Source of the DNA: Lytechinus pictus
Taxonomy: Eukaryota
NCBI RefSeq assembly: GCF_037042905.1
Contig: NC_087262.1
Coordinates: 21,665,265-21,702,000 of the forward strand
Length of the DNA: 36,736 nt
Direction of reading: 5' to 3'
In this document: positions 1 through 10,752 of the stretch, one piece after another
How the letters are laid out: each line of letters starts with the position of its first letter
Position numbering within the stretch: the first letter of the stretch is position 1
Position numbers and translations under genes: made by a program
The notes under the pieces: model-generated
The model's database searches: none
The model's input: the letters and a program-made list of their open reading frames with translations, nothing else
What the model was told of the DNA's origin: nothing

Positions 1-114
1 AAAAAAAAAAAAAATCTGCTTACAGCTGCATCCACAGAGACCTGCCTGGGAACATATTTTCTTAATAATTTTTTTCATATAAAACATAAAATGAATTTTG
101 TATAATTTTCACAG

Positions 115-153
115 ATCTAATCCTGTATATTATGATGATCAGTCAATTCAAGC
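115..153 (+). CDS. Coding exon (39 nt) with NPxY motif, SNPVYYDDQSIQ
   Basis: ttttcacag acceptor, GC|gtgagt donor, phase 2-2, in frame with downstream exons. Confidence 0.75.
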
Positions 154-3100
154 GTGAGTAGGCATTTATTAATATATTTTCCAAATTGTTAATGATATGT
201 TTTATATCTTTTCATTTGATGTACTTTTCATCCATTAATGTGTGGAATTGAAATCATTTTCACCTTCAGTGTTTTACTACTAACATGAACATCTCTTCCA
301 AAAGGTTTTAACTTTTCCTTTTCTTTCTTTCATTTATGGGATATGAATTAATTTAGATGGTTTAAGCTATTCTCATTTCATTATTAAACTTATCATAAAT
401 CATTTATTCATTAATATTCATCCATTAATAATGTGATTATTCAAAGGTAATTGGCATTTAACATTAATAAGCAAAACTTATAAAACTGATCATGGAAGAT
501 TTTAGGTCAAAGTGACAATCAACTTTTATGGGAATTACTGTACTGACACATGCAAATAGCAGTTTGAAATTATAATGGTACACTGTTAGAATAAGTTACA
601 AACAATACATGTGATTATAACTTGAGTTTATTAAAAAGAAATAAAGAAAATTGTATTATTTATCATATTACCAAAGTGAGAAACCAGGAGGAGGACGATT
701 CAAAAAGCAAAAGAATTCCAAGGGTTCAAAGAAAAGGTTTGTTTGAACGAAAATAGTAGAAGCCTGGAGATATTCCCAATTGCATTCAGTAGCGTGACAC
801 TACCTAATTATGCATTGCTTGACCCAAAGCTCAGAACCCAAGTTAAGAAACAAAAAAATACATACCTCTAATATGTAATATTCTGCTAAGCATTAGTATA
901 GTGGTTGCAATATGGAGAATGGGTAAAAGGGAAGACCCGTATTAGATACCATAGAAAATGCATGATTGAATGAAGTACTAGCATTAAGGGTAGTGTTATC
1001 TAAATGTATTTCTTTCAATGTATGCACGATTTTTTCTCCTGGTATTTAGAGAGAATCTGTCCCTTCTATATAATAATAATAATAAGCATGCTGTGTAATA
1101 TACCTTCTGCTTCTCATATGACTATGGTAGATAGTTTATGATGTATGTTTTTTGTATCATCTTTCCCACTTATCAATCTTTCTGCATTTTTGCAAATCTA
1201 TATAAATGCATGCCTATAAATCATTTGTGAAATATCATTGCTCCCACATTATTTCTGAAATCAATGATTGCTTGTGTACGTTCCTTTCCCCAATAAATGT
1301 TTGTGTTTCCATTGTTTTCTCAATTTTTGCACTCAAATGGATCTTTGTAAATGAATTGTAAGCATTGATTTTCCAGATGAGATGGTTGATAAAAGGAGGC
1401 AGTGATTATCTGTTTTTACAGCATTTTTCAATTCCTTAAAACTTCTAAAATGTTATGAAATGGAATTATTGTGCTCTTTCTAAACAAGATATTTGCTTTC
1501 TTTGATCCTTTCTGGTTTGCAGCGGTGATGATATGTTTCCAAAGTAAGTGCAATATTCAAACAAATTACCAAAAATATACTCTATGCTAGCAATACATAT
1601 TCTGCATCTATAATTGCTGCTGAGAGTCGTTTTGTAATTATTTATCCTATATCACTATTGTATTAAATAATTAGAAGCACTACTTTACTTTGATAATAGA
1701 ATCCAAGTTGTCCAAATGCAGGTATTAAAAATGGTAATGCAGAGGTATATCAAGAAATTTTGAAGTTTTTTGACAATGCTAATTGTCATAGGTGGAAAAC
1801 ATAGTTTACACTTATCAGCCGAATTTTGATTTAATATTTTATCATAGTTTATTATGTAATTATACTAAGTAATATTTTAATTTAATAGGCTGTGTAGCAT
1901 GTGCATGAATTGCCCTTTCATCCTGTTCTATCCCCATTTGTTCTCAATCATTGTATTGCAGTGAAGTTCTGATCATCATATATTATGTGTACATATGTGG
2001 ATCTATAAAACATAGTGATTATATGGCATTTATATATTGTTTCATTTATGGTTAATGATAAATATGATTGATTTTAAGGGAGGGCTGTGTTAGTTCATTT
2101 ATTGAAATATTATGAGAAATGGCAAGGTATGTTGAAATTTTTCTTGTTTACCATGCCCTAGAAAGTAAATCATGACCATAATATTGGAGTTCAAAATGTA
2201 TGAAGAATTTCTTAATTGATTCATATATCAATCTTTACTTGTGTTGTATGATTGATGATGTAAGTATTTGTACATAGAGAATGACAATTGCTTAGAACAT
2301 TTTATGTCATTTCTTAATTTTAGTGGTACTCCCAGCTTTCTAGCGAGCGATCAGCTTGATGGGCAGTTTGATGGGGAAACACAGGTATGTTTAGTTTGGA
2401 GGAAGTACTTTACAATCTACTCTGATTTTTTTTTAAATTTATGTCTCTTTTTTGTTTACGTTTTTGCTTCTTATACTAAAATGATAGAAAAAAAAAGGAT
2501 TGAAATAGTAGTTTGGTGGTCACTTGTTTGTAAATAGATGTGTGGTCGATGAGTGTGTAAGGTAACAGGTGGATGGGGGATGTTAGTGGGTGAGTAGTTA
2601 GTTATTGGTTAGTGCATTTATTGTTTGGTGACAGAGGTAATATAACACGTGTGTGTGTGTGTGGTTTGGGAGGGTGATGTGGGTGGATTGGTGGGTTTGT
2701 GAGTTGGTAGGATAGTAAGTGGTGGTTGAGTGCACGAGTGGGGTTCTATGACAGTTGGTGGGTTACCATGATGTGGGTGTGTGGGGATGGTGGTGGGTTA
2801 ATCTGATGTGTATGTGTTTTGGAGGGGGTTTGATTGGATGGATAGGTTGGTGGAGAGGCTGGATAGTAAGTGGTCAGGTGATCGAGTTTGTGAGTGTGTT
2901 TATTTGACAGGTGGTGTGTTTAAGCGATTTGTTGGTGGGGGAGGGGTGCGTTGGTAAGTTGGCAGGATAGTAAGTTGTGAGGTGATTGTGTGTGTTTATT
3001 TGACAGTTGGTTGGTTAACCTGATGTGGTTGTGTGGGTTGGGAGGGTGTGGGTGGATGGATAGGCTGGAGAGGCTGGATAGTAAGTGGTCAGGTGATCGA

Positions 3101-6100
3101 GTTTGTGAGTGTGTTTATTTGACAGGTGGTGTGTTTAAGCGATTTGTTGGTGGGGGAGGGGTGCGTTGGTAAGTTGGCAGGATAGTAAGTTGTGAGGTGA
3201 TTGTGTGTGTTTATTTGACAGTTGGTTGGTTAACCTGATGTGGTTGTGTGGGTTGGGAGGGTGTGGGTGGATGGATAGGCTGGATGGGCTGGATAGTAAG
3301 TGGTCAGGTGAGTTTGTGAGTGTTTATTTGATGGTTGATGGGGGTAAGCTGATGTGGGTTGGTAGTGTGGGTGGATGGATGGGATGATTACTAGGTAGGA
3401 TAAGTGGTTAGGTGAGTTTGTGAGTGGGTTTATTTGACAGGTGGTGTGTTTAACTGATGTGTTTGTGGGGGAGGGGTGTGGGTGGATGGGGGTGGGTTGG
3501 GTATTTGGCAGGATAATAAGTTGTGAGGTGATTGTGTGAGTGGTTTATTTGAAGGTTGGTTAACCTGATGTGGTTGTGTAGGTTAGGAGGGTGGATCATA
3601 GTTTCGATCATCGAAACAGAGGGGGTGTGGGTGGATGGATGGGTTGGTGGATAGGCTGGACAGTAAGTGGTCAGGTGAGTTTGTGTGTTTATTTGATGTG
3701 GTAACCTGATGTGGGTGTGTAGTGTGGGTGGATGGGTGGGATGATTACTAGGTAGGATAAGTGGTTAGGTGAGTTTGTGAGTGGGTTTATTTGACAGGTG
3801 GTGTGTTTAACCGATGTGTTTGTGGGGGAGGGGTGTGGGTGGATGGGGGTGGGTTGGGTAGTTGGCAGGATAGTAAGTTGTGAGGTGATTGTGTGAGTGG
3901 GTTTATTTGACAGTTGGTTGGTTAACCTGATGTGGTTGTGTGGGTTGGGAGGGGGTGTGGGTGGCTGGATGGATGGGTTGGTGGAAAGGCTGGATAGTAA
4001 GTGGTCAGGTGATTGAGTTTGTGAGTGTGTTTATTTGATGGTTGGTGGGGTAACCTGATGTGGGTGTGTAGTGTGGGTGAATGGGTGAGATGATGGCTAG
4101 TGAGGATTAGTAGTTAGGTGAGTTTGTGAGTGGGTTTATTTGACAGGTGGTGTGTTTAATTGATGTGTTTGTGGAGGAGGGGTGTGTTGGTGGATGGGGG
4201 TGGGGGTATTTGGCAGGATAGTAAGTTGTGTGAGTGGGTTTATTCGACGGTTGGTTAACCTGATGTGGTTGTGTGGGTTGGGAGGGGGTGTGGGTGGCTG
4301 GATGGATGGGTTGGTGGATAGGCTGGATAGTAAGTGGTCAGGTGAGTTTGTGAGTGTATTTATTTGACCGGTGGTGGGTTAACTTGATGTGGGTGTGTAG
4401 TGTGGGTGGATGGGTGGGATGATTACTAGGTAGGATAAGTAGTTAGGTGAGTTTATGAGTGGGTTTATTTTATTCTTGGTGGGTTGACCTAATGTGGGAT
4501 TGTGGTTTGGGTGGTGTGGTTTGGGTAGTTGGCATAAGTAAGTAGTGTAGTGAGTTTATGTGTGGGTTTATTTGCTATTGTTGAATAAACCCGATGTGAG
4601 TTAGTTGGTAGGATGGTGTGGGTGGATGGATTGGTTGGGTAGTGGGCTGGATAGTAAGTTATGAGGTGAGTTTGTGAGTGGGTTTAATTGACAGTTGTTG
4701 GGTTGATCCGATGTGGGTGTGTGGTATGGGTGGATGGGGGTGGGTTGGGTAGTTGGTCGGATAGGAAGAGGTGAGGTGAATTTGTGCATTATTTTATTTC
4801 ACAGTTGGTAAGAGGGATGGTGAGTACATGTCTGAGTTGATAGGTTAGTTATCTGGATTGTGTGTCTGTGGATTGGATGTGTTGTTTTACAAGTAGCATG
4901 GTTGGTTAGCTGGGAGGGGGAGAGGTTGGATAAGTAATTGATTAGTTGAGTTGGATTTGTGGATCATTGGGTGGATTATGTGTTGGGTTGAAATTGATGG
5001 ACTGAGTTATAAAAACTGTTTTTAATGAACAAACGATCTGTCCAAAATTTATGATATTATCAAATTAAGGATATCCATTGGTCGATTTGTGTTTTGGGTA
5101 ATGTTCTATGTATGATTTTTAAATTTATTGACCTAAATTTATGTAAATGATAAGATATAATAGACAAAGGCTATGAATCCATACTGGTGTTACTCGATTT
5201 CTCTTCAGCGTTTGACACGATCAGACATGATATGTTGCTGAAAAGACTGAAGGACAGGTTTGGAATATGTGGTCTTGCTTACAGTTGGTTTGAATCCTAT
5301 CTAAAAAACAGACAACAGAAAGTTGTTATAGATGGTTACGAGTCTTCAGTCCATGTATCTGATATAGGTGTGCCCCATGGTTCGGTAGTCGGCCCTATGT
5401 TATTTACTATGTTTTCGTCTCCGTTGGGAGATGTAATAAAGGCCAATCAAATGTCAGGGATGTGTTATGCTGACGACACACAGATATATGTATCTTTCAA
5501 ACCATGTGATTTTCAGAGGGCAATATCCCAGGTTGAGTGTTGTGTAAAAGAGATAAAGCAATGGTCAATTCTAAATGGTCTCAAACTAAATGACGAGAAA
5601 ACAGAGGTTTTACACATAACATCTCGATTTCGTAGAAGATTACAACTTCCCCTGATTAAGATAAATGATGTTTCTATTGTTCCTAGTGTCTCAGCCAGAA
5701 ATCTGGGTGTTACGTTTGATCAGCATATGGCATTGGACAAATTTGTCTCGGCAAAGTGTAAATCTGCCTCGTTTGCCCTATATAAACTTGGAAAGATTCG
5801 TTCTTGTTTGGACTCTAAAACAACAAAGAAACTTGTTCAGGCTCTCGTGACATGTCACTTAGATTATTGTAATAGTTTGCTTTGTAACATGGCTGATACT
5901 CAGCTATCTAAGCTCCAAGTAATACAGAACTCTGCTGCAAGATTGATAACCCGAACTAAGAAGTATTCTCACATAACCCCTGTCCTGAAACAGTTACACT
6001 GGCTTCCGATCAAATCACGTATAAACTTTAAGCTACTGTTAATTACCTATCAATGTCTTAATTCCTTGGCCCCAGAATATCTCAGTGAGAAATTAATAAG

Positions 6101-9100
6101 ATATGTCCCTTCACGTAATCTGATATCTTCACAGAGATATCTGCTGAAGTGTCCAGTTGTTCAGACCAAGTTCTATGGGGAGAGGTCATTTTGTCATGCG
6201 GCCCCTAAACTTTGGAATACGATCCCTTCTTCCATTAAGGAGGCATCTACATGCTCTGCATTCAAAAGTCGCCTTAAAACTTATTTGTTTAAGCGGTTCT
6301 ATGATTGAGACAGTCTACATAATAGCTTTGATCCTCTCTCTTCTTTGTCTATTTTTCTATTAAGCGCATAGAGACGCCCATGGGTAGTGATATGCGCTAT
6401 ATAAGCAACGTCGTATTATTATTATTATTATTACTGTAATTATTCTTATTTTTGAACATCCAAACTTAATTTGTTTCTCTTCTCTTTAGGAACGTACTCT
6501 TGAGTTTGGGCCTGAAGATGAGGAAGCCCAAGCTGTAGCCGACAGCATCCTAGCTGGAACCAGTACTATGCCTGAAGATAACCTCATGAGGTAGATTCAC
6601 TTTAATCTTAAGTTCAGTGTTAATGTTACACTCTTTTTTGTGTGGTGTCAAATTTGGCTCAGTAAGGCAACAGTTCGTCAGAGTTCAAGTGACACAGTTC
6701 CCACATTGGTATGACTCAGAATAATGTAGCATCAGCTGAAAATTCCATGGTGTAGAAGCACAATTGAAAATGTCTTCCCTAGCTCCACCTAATCTTACAC
6801 TACCAATATGGGCCATATTACATTAATAGCACAACACCTACTGAGATTCAATCTTTGACCAGTTTGAGCTTGATGCAGTGTTAATTCCAAAAATTGACTT
6901 GACATCATTACCAAACTTGAATTCAACTTCTGTTTAGTAATATAGGGACCTTCTTATGGATAAAATCAATTTTAAGAATCTATATATAGACCATTAAGGT
7001 TCCTTCAAATTGATTTTTTTCTCACTAAGTTTAGGCAGATTTACTTATCTTATATCTTGTACCATACATGGATCTCCCATTTTCCTGTTCTAGATCTGTG
7101 ACAGCCACTCTACCCGGCAGTGCTGATCTTGAATCCTCCCCATCCTACAGCAACCAAGGAACCCTCCCGGCCTACTCCAGGACTGATGAACTACCTTCTA
7201 CCTTCTTCACCCCCGGGACCGGGTACACGAACCACGCCCTCTCCGTCGATGATGAACCAGACCTCAAGAGGGAGCTCTCATCCTCTCCGTACATGACCAA
7301 GTCTAATCCCCTCATGGGAAGGGATGAGGTAGGCCAAGTTCTTGTCTATTCAATCCTAATGTAGACCTTCCTAGAGTAGTAAAGTGTAGTTTAGTATTAT
7401 TATTGCCTAGTCTAGTCTAACCTATTTTGTACCCTAACCTCAATCTCACCCAAAAGGTCCATCTATTCTTCCCTTTTTCTCTTACTTTTTCATTGTTTCT
7501 CTCACTAATTTCTTCCTTTGTTTTCGATAGAAAAACAATAATTTCATTCAATTTGAAAGAAAATGTGTTTATTGATGAGGGCATGCAATTCAAATCTACT
7601 TTGAGTATGGGGTAGATATTAAAGGTGTAATAGTTCTGACAAACACTTCCAGAAGTTAAAATGCTAGATAATCTGATTTCATTTGTGACACATTGGAATG
7701 ATAATGTTGATCAAATATCATGGATTGTTTAGAATTTATTTTTCGTTTTAATCTTCTTCTTTAACTATAAAATTTTTTCAGATTGTCTGTGTTTTTTTAA
7801 TCTGATAATATGTAAGAGATCATACATGTATATATAATCAGCAAATTAGTAATTAACTCTACTGAAATAAGTTGAGGTTGTCTATATATATATGTATCCC
7901 TTTCTTCTTGTATATCTTGCATTTTTTTCAGCTTTATATCTTTGGCTTATGTACGTGCAACATTAATATAATTCTGTGTATTATCATAATTCACTCATGC
8001 CTTATTGTGTTGGATCAAGATCTTAAATGTGTGCATTCTTTGGATTTACAGTATATTGTGTATTGGAGTTAGTTGGGTGCTGTAATTTAACAATCAACCA
8101 GTGAATTCAGAAACAGAGTTTAGTCATTGATAGTGAAATAAAGTACCCTTTGAATATTACTATTTAATTATTACATATATTATAATATGTATAGAAGCAC
8201 TGTGAAAAAATATATGTGCAGTGTATTTGTAAATGGCCGGGTAAAATAAAGGCTTAAATAGTCTTATATAGTCTTATATAGACTGAAAAGCCTCTAAACC
8301 TAACCCCCCCAAAAAAAAAAATATGTATTACATGGATAATAACCATGTTGTGACTTTGTAATTGGTATGTACAGAGCTCTGTTATAATGATCCATGTTTT
8401 TTTCTGGTTCTTTGGGCATTTGCCTCAGATCTAATCTTGTCTATTTTTTCTTTTCTCTTATTTTCCCATCCTTCCCTAATACCATCCTGCATTTTCATTC
8501 ACATACACAAATTATTGTTTCTCCATACAATTCTTCTTTAATCTATTTCTCTCTCTTGTATTCTGAATATTTGATTCGATCTGAATTTACATAATGCAAC
8601 TTTGACATTTCTGCTAAATGATTTAACATAATTAATCTCCTTTCAATCATGTAATTTACATCTATTCTGCTTGCATATACATTGTCATTTCTTACTCATT
8701 CTAAATATTTTTTTACTAAATCTTTATCATTGATAAACTCTCCTAATGAAAATGTTCTTAACTTATATTTCATATTTTCTTATACTGTAAATATTTCAAT
8801 TTCACATTTACTTTGCCCAATGACCTTTGACATTTCATATTTTCACATCTTTTTTCATTTCATCATCATCACTAATAAAAATATGCTAAATTTGCTTAAA
8901 TTTGAATCATACCAAAAAATTAATTTTACACACATACCCACCCTCTAACCTTTGACCTTTCATCGTCATTCTCTGGGGGTCATTCACGTGTCAGCTGATC
9001 TAGGTCAACTACCTCCCATCATCTTGATCTTTTAGCTTCAACTTTCTGTTCTTGTAAGTTTTCTGCACTTTCATGTACTACTACACCATGTCTCAATAAA

Positions 9101-10752
9101 AAGCTACAGTCGTATTTTAGATCCATTTGGGAATGTGGTTTTGTTAATTCTGGCAATGTTCACCTGTGTTTTTTTTTTTGGAGGGGTTACAGAAATAATC
9201 GTTACCCATTCTTGAGTTCTCCATTATTTGGAAGTTATAAACTATTATCTATGAGTAAAATATATATGAAAAACAAAAAAGTATTCGAAAAAAAATTTAT
9301 TACTGAAGCGTGAATTACAGCATATCTTTTCCAACAACTGAGAAAAAAAATATGAATCACAATGCCTTCAGACAGAAACGATTTAAGGTAATACATTTTT
9401 TTCAATAGTAGGCAATTTTAAGTCAGATATTTATGAAGACAACAATATTTGGGAAAGATAATATTCTCCTTATCGCAACTTACTTTATTGAAATATGAGG
9501 TGACCAAGTATCATGAAAAGAACCAAATTGCAGAGTACAAATCCGGCAATTTTAATGTCATATATTGAGACTCATTTCTTGTATCTCTTTTGCAATCCAT
9601 TTCCAATTTCAATTTCACTACTATAACTATGACTCATATTTGTATCTTTAAGTCAGATCTTTTTTACTTTAAACTAACACTTGTGAATTTACTCAAGTAT
9701 CTATATTTTTCAGTTTTACTAATTTAAATTTATTTTTCCTATAAATTTCAGCACTTACATTTTCTGCAGTGATCTTTGATCCTTCATTCCATAAAATTTA
9801 AGAATTATAGAAAAAGGGATTGATATAGACTATACTAGTTGTGTTTGCACTGGCTGTGTTCTACCATATGTAACTGATTTGTGTGAAGTTACAATTGTTT
9901 CACATGCACTCAAGTTATGACATGTGTTTTTGTGCAATACATTTGTAATCAGTTCATCAATTAAATAGGTTGCTTTTCAAATGGTAAATAATGTTTGGGA
10001 TTATGAAAGATAAAACAAAAAGAAAGCACTTAAAGATATTGTTCTGATCCATCAGACAGTATATGAGAGCAGAACATAATTTTTATTTATGATGAAAATA
10101 TTTTGAAGAACCTACAGCACAAGGCTGTTCAATGTATCCCATGAATTTCATTTTCTTTTATTTTTCATTTAACTAGGACAAGTCCTACACGCAATCTGAG
10201 GCCTCATCTAACCCATCTAAGTCAACCTCCCCTTCGGGAAGCTTTGACCCTCGCAAGCCATACCCTAGCAGTCTCGCTGATTCCTACACCAACAACATCC
10301 ACCTCGTACGAATGGGACGGGCAGACTCCCGACCAGGCTCCATCGACAGTGGACACCAGTCTCTAGATCGCAGGGCCAAGACGGGTAGTACATCCGGGAC
10401 TCCCATAAAAGTGCCCCCTCCGGTTGCCCCAAAGATCGCCCATCCAAGTGCCTTCGGGAACATCCCTCCAAACAGCGATGAGGAGAATGTCAGTGATGAG
10501 ATCTTGAACGGAATACAAGATGACCTTTCCATCCCGCCCGTCCCAGCGTCTGAGATCTCCTCCTACTCCTACACTAACTCGCCATCCAGTACACCCCCGA
10601 ACCCCAAGAGGGCCGCACCCATGCTTGCTCCACATGGTGTGAATCCTGCGGACATCGATGTGTCAGGGATTTCCGGGACGAGCGGATCCCAAGAGAATGA
10701 TCTTTCGTCTGAGCATTGGGAAGCCAGTGATGTCATGACAACAATTTTATAA
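115..10752 (+). CDS. 3' portion of a multi-exon gene encoding a probable cytoplasmic tail of a membrane protein, tentatively cadherin-related (PCDH15/Cad99C/CDH23-like); 5' exons lie outside the window
   Basis: Exons 115-153, 1523-1543, 2324-2384, 6490-6590, 7094-7328 and 10177-10752 have AG/GT boundaries and compatible phases (2,2,0,2,0). They join into one ORF: ..SNPVYYDDQSIQA GDDMFPN GTPSFLASDQLDGQFDGETQ ERTLEFGPEDEEA..R SVTATLPG..SNPLMGRDE DKSYTQ..HWEASDVMTTIL*. The gene structure is well supported. The family call rests only on recalled short motifs (NPxY, ETQ, SNPL, T-x-L end) and is uncertain (about 0.45). Confidence 0.75.
677..736 (+). CDS. Candidate 60-nt Lys-rich cassette exon (EKPGGGRFKKQKNSKGSKK)
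   Basis: Purine-rich island, open in the required phase 2-2, length a multiple of 3, AG|gtttgt donor; the ccaaag acceptor is weak. Confidence 0.45.
1523..1543 (+). CDS. 21-nt microexon (GDDMFP)
   Basis: Long pyrimidine tract ending tttgcag, AA|gtaagt donor, phase 2-2, frame-preserving. Confidence 0.7.
2324..2384 (+). CDS. Coding exon (61 nt), GTPSFLASDQLDGQFDGETQ
   Basis: aattttag acceptor, CAG|gtatgt donor, phase 2-0. Confidence 0.8.
2540..4990 (+). repeat. GT-rich complex minisatellite in intron (about 105-120 bp subunits, 215-bp and about 330-360 bp higher-order units)
   Basis: Recurring ggatagtaagtggtcaggtgagtttgtgagtgggtttatttgacag..taacctgatgtgg blocks. ORFs at 2990 and 3205 begin identically 215 bp apart. 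The gatgattactaggtaggataag marker recurs near 3383, 3740, 4090 (variant) and 4418. Edges are approximate. Confidence 0.9.
5143..6433 (+). mobile_element. 5'-truncated non-LTR retrotransposon (L2 clade of the CR1 group), RT domain plus 3' tail
   Basis: ORF 5187-6308 has LLDFSSAFDTI, GVPHGSVVGP, YADD, RNLGV and HITPVLKQLHWLPI. The 3' UTR has an 8-bp stem AGCGCATA (6363-6370)/TATGCGCT (6391-6398) and a (TAT)n tail at 6414-6433. No endonuclease or ORF1. Confidence 0.92.
5187..6308 (+). CDS. LINE reverse transcriptase ORF2 fragment (373 codons, uninterrupted, no true start)
   Basis: RT motifs as above; opens mid-domain at a non-ATG codon. Confidence 0.85.
   Translation: MLLDFSSAFDTIRHDMLLKRLKDRFGICGLAYSWFESYLKNRQQKVVIDGYESSVHVSDIGVPHGSVVGPMLFTMFSSPLGDVIKANQMSGMCYADDTQIYVSFKPCDFQRAISQVECCVKEIKQWSILNGLKLNDEKTEVLHITSRFRRRLQLPLIKINDVSIVPSVSARNLGVTFDQHMALDKFVSAKCKSASFALYKLGKIRSCLDSKTTKKLVQALVTCHLDYCNSLLCNMADTQLSKLQVIQNSAARLITRTKKYSHITPVLKQLHWLPIKSRINFKLLLITYQCLNSLAPEYLSEKLIRYVPSRNLISSQRYLLKCPVVQTKFYGERSFCHAAPKLWNTIPSSIKEASTCSAFKSRLKTYLFKRFYD
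6490..6590 (+). CDS. Coding exon (101 nt), ERTLEFGPEDEEAQAVADSILAGTSTMPEDNLM
   Basis: ttctcttctctttag acceptor, AG|gtagat donor, phase 0-2. Confidence 0.85.
7094..7328 (+). CDS. Coding exon (235 nt), SVTATLPG..SNPLMGRDE
   Basis: tttcctgttctag acceptor, GAG|gtaggc donor, phase 2-0, higher GC than flanks, within ORF 7068-7364. Confidence 0.88.
9036..9053 (+). CDS. Candidate 18-nt microexon (LQLSVL)
   Basis: tcttttag acceptor and gtaagt donor, phase 0-0 inside a phase-0 intron, preceded by several hundred nt of pyrimidine-rich intron. Confidence 0.4.
10177..10752 (+). CDS. Terminal coding exon, Ser/Pro-rich, ending DVMTTIL* (class I PDZ-binding motif)
   Basis: Pyrimidine tract plus aactag acceptor; 192 open codons in frame with ORF 10312-10752; TAA at 10750-10752. 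Confidence 0.9.
   Translation, partial: DKSYTQSEASSNPSKSTSPSGSFDPRKPYPSSLADSYTNNIHLVRMGRADSRPGSIDSGHQSLDRRAKTGSTSGTPIKVPPPVAPKIAHPSAFGNIPPNSDEENVSDEILNGIQDDLSIPPVPASEISSYSYTNSPSSTPPNPKRAAPMLAPHGVNPADIDVSGISGTSGSQENDLSSEHWEASDVMTTIL

Noticed and set aside
2990-4789. Short Trp/Gly/Val-rich ORFs (2990, 3205, 4182, 4601)
   Set aside because: Translations of the GT-rich minisatellite.
5187-6308. RT as a retron, DGR, group II intron or domesticated gene
   Set aside because: Motifs and 3' tail are typical of an L2 LINE; it is 5'-truncated with no start or accessory genes.
7430-8310. ccctaacc / ctaaacctaacc as interstitial telomere repeats
   Set aside because: Only isolated single units, no tandem (TTAGGG)n.
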